A DNA stretch of 42,621 nucleotides from a virus. How positions within the stretch are numbered: position 1 is the first letter of the stretch; each line of letters opens with the position of its first letter. Location of the stretch: positions 1 through 42,621 of the IMG/VR virus record IMGVR_UViG_3300043681_000019; one strand, written 5' to 3'. The notes beneath the pieces are model-generated. The model had not been told where the DNA came from. It was given only the letters and a program-made list of their open reading frames with translations, and searched no databases. Positions 39,376 through 42,621 of the stretch are shown here, piece by piece. A program made the translations under genes and the position numbers.

Positions 39376-39858
39376 ATGGCCACTCTAACCGTCTCGTCGG
39401 GCGACTATCTGCGCCCGCATCGCGGCCATACGCGTATCTTGCATGCGCCCGAAGGCGCCGCGCAGGCCTTCAAGAAAGGCGCCCCCGTCAAATTCTCGGC
39501 CGTGGCGGGCCGCGAAAACGAAGTCATCGTCGTCGGCGCCGACCCGACCACGGGCGTGTTCGGCGTGGCCGCCGATGACGCCTCGGGCGTCCAGGGCACC
39601 GATGTCACCGTGTGGCTCGCCGAGCCCGGCGTCGAGTTCGTCGGCCGCGTGCAGGACGGCGGCGTGCTCGCCCACACGAACGTCGGGGCCGCCCTCGGCC
39701 TGATCTTCGACCCAGTGAACAACATCTTCCGCGTCGATCTCTCGGACACCACCAACACGAATCTGATCGGCGTGTCGCTTGTCGATGCCGCCGGCGACAT
39801 CAACGGACGGATCTCGTTCCAGTGGAAGGCGTCCGCACGCACGCCCTTCCAGGGCTAA
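39376..39858 (+). CDS. Putative head decoration protein (160 aa)
   Basis: AAGGAG at 39362-39367. Contains AFKKGAPVKFSA...GVFGVAADDASGVQGTDVTVWLAEPGVEFVG, which looks like a DUF2190/gpD-type beta protein. Immediately upstream of the capsid gene. Confidence 0.55.
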   Translation: MATLTVSSGDYLRPHRGHTRILHAPEGAAQAFKKGAPVKFSAVAGRENEVIVVGADPTTGVFGVAADDASGVQGTDVTVWLAEPGVEFVGRVQDGGVLAHTNVGAALGLIFDPVNNIFRVDLSDTTNTNLIGVSLVDAAGDINGRISFQWKASARTPFQG

Positions 39859-39872
39859 CAGGAGATTGAGTC

Positions 39873-40784
39873 ATGGCCCAAGTCCGAGGCACGATTCCCG
39901 CCAACGTTGACAATGTCGATAAGACCGTCTTCGCCATCGTCGGCAAGACCCTCAAAGAACTCCCGGCCATCTGGCGGAAGTTCTACCGCATCGAGACCAG
40001 CGATCGGAAGTTCGAGCGCAACGTGTCGTACGCGATGTTCGGCCCCGCCCCGGTCAAGGGCGAAGGGCAGGACTACACGACCCAGCTCATCAAGCAGGGC
40101 TGGACGAAGGACTTTACGCATCTGGAATTCGGCCTCGCCTTCGAGGTCACCCAGACGGCGCAGGAAGACGACGTGTACGACATCCTGAGTCAGTACGCGA
40201 CGGGCCTGGCCCGCGGCTGCCGCGTGGCCGAAGAGACGTACGCCGCGATTCCGTTCAATAACGGGTTCGCGACCGAGACGAGTCCGGACGGGCAGCCGAT
40301 CTTCGCGGCGGCGCATCCGCTCGTCGGCGGCGGGACGGCGCTCAACACGCGCACGAGCGATCTGTCGTGGCTCTCGTTGCAGCAGGCCATTATCGACCTG
40401 AACACCGACCAGAAGACCGAAGAAGGCTTCTTCTCGGCGCCGGTCGACGGCCTGATCCTCTACGTCCCGCCCGCGCTGGCGCTCCTGGCCGAGCGGATCG
40501 TCGGATCGTCCTTGCTGCCCGGCGTCGCCGACAACGACATCAACCCGATCAACAAGGGGTACGACATCACCGTGATCGTCAATCCCTACCTGACCGACCC
40601 GGATGCCTGGTTCCTCATCTACAAGAACAAGAACCACGGCATCCTGTCGTACACGCGCGTGCCGATCGGGATGCAGCCGCCCGAGCGGATTCCGCGGTCC
40701 GGCAACCGGTTCTATTCGATTCGCTTCCGGCGCTCGTGGGGCGTGCGCCAGTGGCAAGGCCTCTGGGGTTCGCCGGGCGCGTAG
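39873..40784 (+). CDS. Major capsid protein (303 aa)
   Basis: AGGAGA Shine-Dalgarno. Size, position and pattern fit: FYRIETSDRKFERNVSYAMFGPAPVKGEGQDY...HLEFGLAFEVTQTAQEDD...AAHPL. Confidence 0.8.
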   Translation: MAQVRGTIPANVDNVDKTVFAIVGKTLKELPAIWRKFYRIETSDRKFERNVSYAMFGPAPVKGEGQDYTTQLIKQGWTKDFTHLEFGLAFEVTQTAQEDDVYDILSQYATGLARGCRVAEETYAAIPFNNGFATETSPDGQPIFAAAHPLVGGGTALNTRTSDLSWLSLQQAIIDLNTDQKTEEGFFSAPVDGLILYVPPALALLAERIVGSSLLPGVADNDINPINKGYDITVIVNPYLTDPDAWFLIYKNKNHGILSYTRVPIGMQPPERIPRSGNRFYSIRFRRSWGVRQWQGLWGSPGA

Positions 40785-40808
40785 ACCGCCGAGACGCCGG
40801 TGTTTTCT
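40785..40808 (+). terminator. Candidate intrinsic terminator/attenuator after the capsid gene
   Basis: ACCGCCG-AGA-CGCCGGT hairpin (one mismatch) followed by GTTTTCT. Confidence 0.35.
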
Positions 40809-40882
40809 CCCGAGGGGTGGCCCGTCCGGCGCGGGCTGCGGCATCCAGACCGGTGCCCCTCGGGAAGTTTCTGGAGGTCGAC

Positions 40883-41446
40883 ATGAGTCTCGCAGGCAGC
40901 AGTTACGGCGATGGCAAGACCACGCATTTCGGATCGGATCTCGTCGTGGGTATCCGCGACGAGAATGCCAACGGCGTGGCGATTCTCGGCAGTGCCGCGG
41001 GCGGCACGTTGCAGATCGTCGCGGTCGGCGACGACCCGAACATTTCCATCGTCCTCGTCCCGAAGGGCACGGGGACGGTGTCGCAGGTCGGCGGCACGCC
41101 CATTGAGAGCAAGACGGTCAGCACGATCGCGACCGCCGGTCCGGTCACCTACACGCCCGCGCAACTGATCGGGGGGCTGATTCTACGCGACCCGGCGGGC
41201 GCGGCCCGATCGGATGTCACCCCGACCGCGGTCGCGCTCGCGGCGGCGATTCCGGGGGTGGCCGCGGGCACGTCGTTCGATGTCACGATTCGCAACGACG
41301 CGGCGGGGGCGTTCGCGATCACGGTTACCGCCGGCGTCGGCTGCACGCCCTCCGGCGTGATGACGATCGCGCAGAACGCGATGAAGACCTTCCGCGTCGT
41401 CTTCACGTCGCCCACGGCCTACACGTTCTATGCGGTGACGGTGTAA
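40883..41446 (+). CDS. Hypothetical structural protein (187 aa)
   Basis: GGAGG at 40873-40877. The internal ATG of track ORF 40367..41446 was used. G/A/T/V-rich, beta-like. Confidence 0.65.
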   Translation: MSLAGSSYGDGKTTHFGSDLVVGIRDENANGVAILGSAAGGTLQIVAVGDDPNISIVLVPKGTGTVSQVGGTPIESKTVSTIATAGPVTYTPAQLIGGLILRDPAGAARSDVTPTAVALAAAIPGVAAGTSFDVTIRNDAAGAFAITVTAGVGCTPSGVMTIAQNAMKTFRVVFTSPTAYTFYAVTV

Positions 41447-41640
41447 TGGCGGGCGAGTCCGCACGGCTCATGCCGCCGCTGGCCCCCACACCGGTCATCT
41501 CGGTCGCGCGCCTGCGCGAGAAGATCGCGGATCTGGACAAACAGCGGCAACAGCATCTGGCGAACGCGCACGCCTGCGCGGGCGCGATCCAGTTGGCGCA
41601 GGCGCTCATCGTCGATCTGGAGGGAGACGCCGATGCTTGA
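41446..41640 (+). CDS. Hypothetical protein (64 aa)
   Basis: TAATG overlap at 41446. Confidence 0.45.
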   Translation: MAGESARLMPPLAPTPVISVARLREKIADLDKQRQQHLANAHACAGAIQLAQALIVDLEGDADA

Positions 41641-41959
41641 AGGACGCCAACGCCTGCAAATCGCCGCGACCGCGCTCGGCAACGGCACGCCGGTGGACAC
41701 GGGCGGGGCCGGCAAAGATCACGCCTTCTACATCGAGACCACCAATGCGGTCGTGAGCGCCGGCGGCGTCACGCTTGAAACCGCGCGCACGGCGACGTTC
41801 ACCGGCGTGTGGCAGGCGATTACCCCCGAGATTCTGCCCGTGCAGAACGCGGTGCTGCTCGTGTCCTATACGGGCGTCTTGCTCGCGGTGCGGGCGCGCG
41901 TGTCCACCGCCATCACGGGCGGGGCGGCGGTCACGGTCGAATACGCGTCGAACAGCTAG
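41633..41959 (+). CDS. Hypothetical structural protein (108 aa)
   Basis: 8-nt overlap with the upstream gene. Normal composition. Confidence 0.6.
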   Translation: MLEGRQRLQIAATALGNGTPVDTGGAGKDHAFYIETTNAVVSAGGVTLETARTATFTGVWQAITPEILPVQNAVLLVSYTGVLLAVRARVSTAITGGAAVTVEYASNS

Positions 41960-41976
41960 GCCGGGCCGGGGACGCG

Positions 41977-42621
41977 ATGGCGATCACCGTCGTGCAAGGC
42001 ACGCCGAAAGCGACCGGAGGCAGCGGGCCGAGTATTGCCTGCGTGTTTGCGACACCTCCCGTCGTGGCCCACGGCATCATCGTGTTCGTGAACGTGTGGC
42101 GGAACACGGGGCTGCCTGTGCCCGACGGCTGTACCGACAATTTCGGCAATACGTACGTGCGGGTGAGCACGCAGGCGAACGCGCAAGGGGCCACGGCGCT
42201 GTTCTACTGCGCGGCCGTCGTGGCGACGGGGGCGAGCTTCACGGTGACGGTGACGAGTACCACGGCGAGTTTCTGGGTCGCGAAGGCGGTCGAATGTAGC
42301 GGCGGCCTCGTGGTGGATCAGTTCGTCGGCGCGACCGGGGTGAGTGCCACGCCTGCGACAGGGCCGACGGCCGCGTTGACGGGTACGGACGTGCTGCAAT
42401 CGGCCTGTCACGTCATCTTGGGGTCACACACGTCGATCACGGTAGGCATCGTCACGCCTCCGTGGGTGCAAGAGTTTGAGGAGTTGCCGTCAACGATTGT
42501 GGCGGGCGAGGCGGACACGCGAAGCGTGTCGGCCGCCGCGGGCACGACGCCGAGCTGTAGTTGGACAGATACGGCGGTGAGCAGTTGGGCCGCCGTCCTC
42601 GTCGCCTTCAAGGCGGCGGCC
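41977..42621 (+). CDS. Tail fibre / receptor-binding protein, N-terminal part (runs off the window end and continues at 1..1240)
   Basis: ATG at 41977 with no stop before 42621 (translated by hand). In frame with 5..1240 through the repeat. The combined unique length is 1758 nt, or 585 aa. Confidence 0.75.
   Translation, partial: MAITVVQGTPKATGGSGPSIACVFATPPVVAHGIIVFVNVWRNTGLPVPDGCTDNFGNTYVRVSTQANAQGATALFYCAAVVATGASFTVTVTSTTASFWVAKAVECSGGLVVDQFVGATGVSATPATGPTAALTGTDVLQSACHVILGSHTSITVGIVTPPWVQEFEELPSTIVAGEADTRSVSAAAGTTPSCSWTDTAVSSWAAVLVAFKAAA
42495..42621. repeat. Terminal direct repeat, copy B (identical to 1-127)
   Basis: Same comparison. The length equals a typical maximum assembler k-mer, which suggests a circular-closure overlap. 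Confidence 0.95.

Larger units (their letters stand above)
1..42621. mobile_element. Complete temperate phage genome with short-tail, P22-like gene order; circularly closed, unique length about 42,494 bp
   Basis: Packaging, head, tail-hub, fibre, ejection-protein, attP/integrase, CI/Cro, recombination and replication modules are all present. No host flanks. The terminal 127 bp are duplicated and an ORF reads through the junction. Confidence 0.8.

Noticed and set aside
38226-39578. ORFs covering the gap after the tRNA (38226..39092 +, 38878..39126 -, 39014..39226 -, 39153..39383 -, 39192..39578 +)
   Set aside because: All are Arg/Gly/Pro-rich and lack ribosome-binding sites. Several overlap the tRNA or the decoration gene start. 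None is convincing, so the region is treated as non-coding.

Overview
This window is a complete, circularly closed genome of a high-GC temperate tailed phage. The unique length is about 42,494 bp: bases 1-127 repeat exactly at 42495-42621, and one fibre gene reads through that junction. Gene order is P22-like and short-tailed, with no tape-measure, sheath or tube gene. In order, the modules are: (1) + strand, LamG tail fibre, hub-like protein, second fibre, and four large compositionally extreme proteins that look like ejection/internal proteins, the last one 1212 aa with a ParB-like domain; (2) attP, a 3' tRNA-Lys fragment flanked by GTTGCCA repeats; (3) - strand, integrase, orf75, excisionase and a CI-like repressor; (4) + strand, a Cro-like gene followed by about 35 tightly coupled early genes (RecT, YqaJ exonuclease, HNH, an O-like replication gene with embedded iterons, an SPPY methyltransferase, DUF1064) and three small membrane proteins; (5) a reverse-oriented seven- to eight-gene accessory operon (ParE/RelE toxin-antitoxin, Zn-ribbon, frameshifted gene, SpoVG-like) driven by a consensus promoter; (6) terS and terL, small genes, and a reverse-oriented Pro-rich repeat protein; (7) portal, GroES-like protein, scaffold, a tRNA-Met(CAU), a roughly 490-nt gene-free GC-rich region, decoration protein and major capsid protein. 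Most worth following up are the accessory operon, the untranslated region beside the tRNA, the ParB-domain giant protein, the iteron origin, two promoters placed to give leaderless transcripts, and the G15/T9 homopolymers in the lysogeny module. All functional calls come from motifs read by eye; no database search was run. In this GC-rich DNA many long off-frame ORFs in the supplied track are artefacts. Start codons were mostly chosen from ATGA/TAATG stop-start overlaps.
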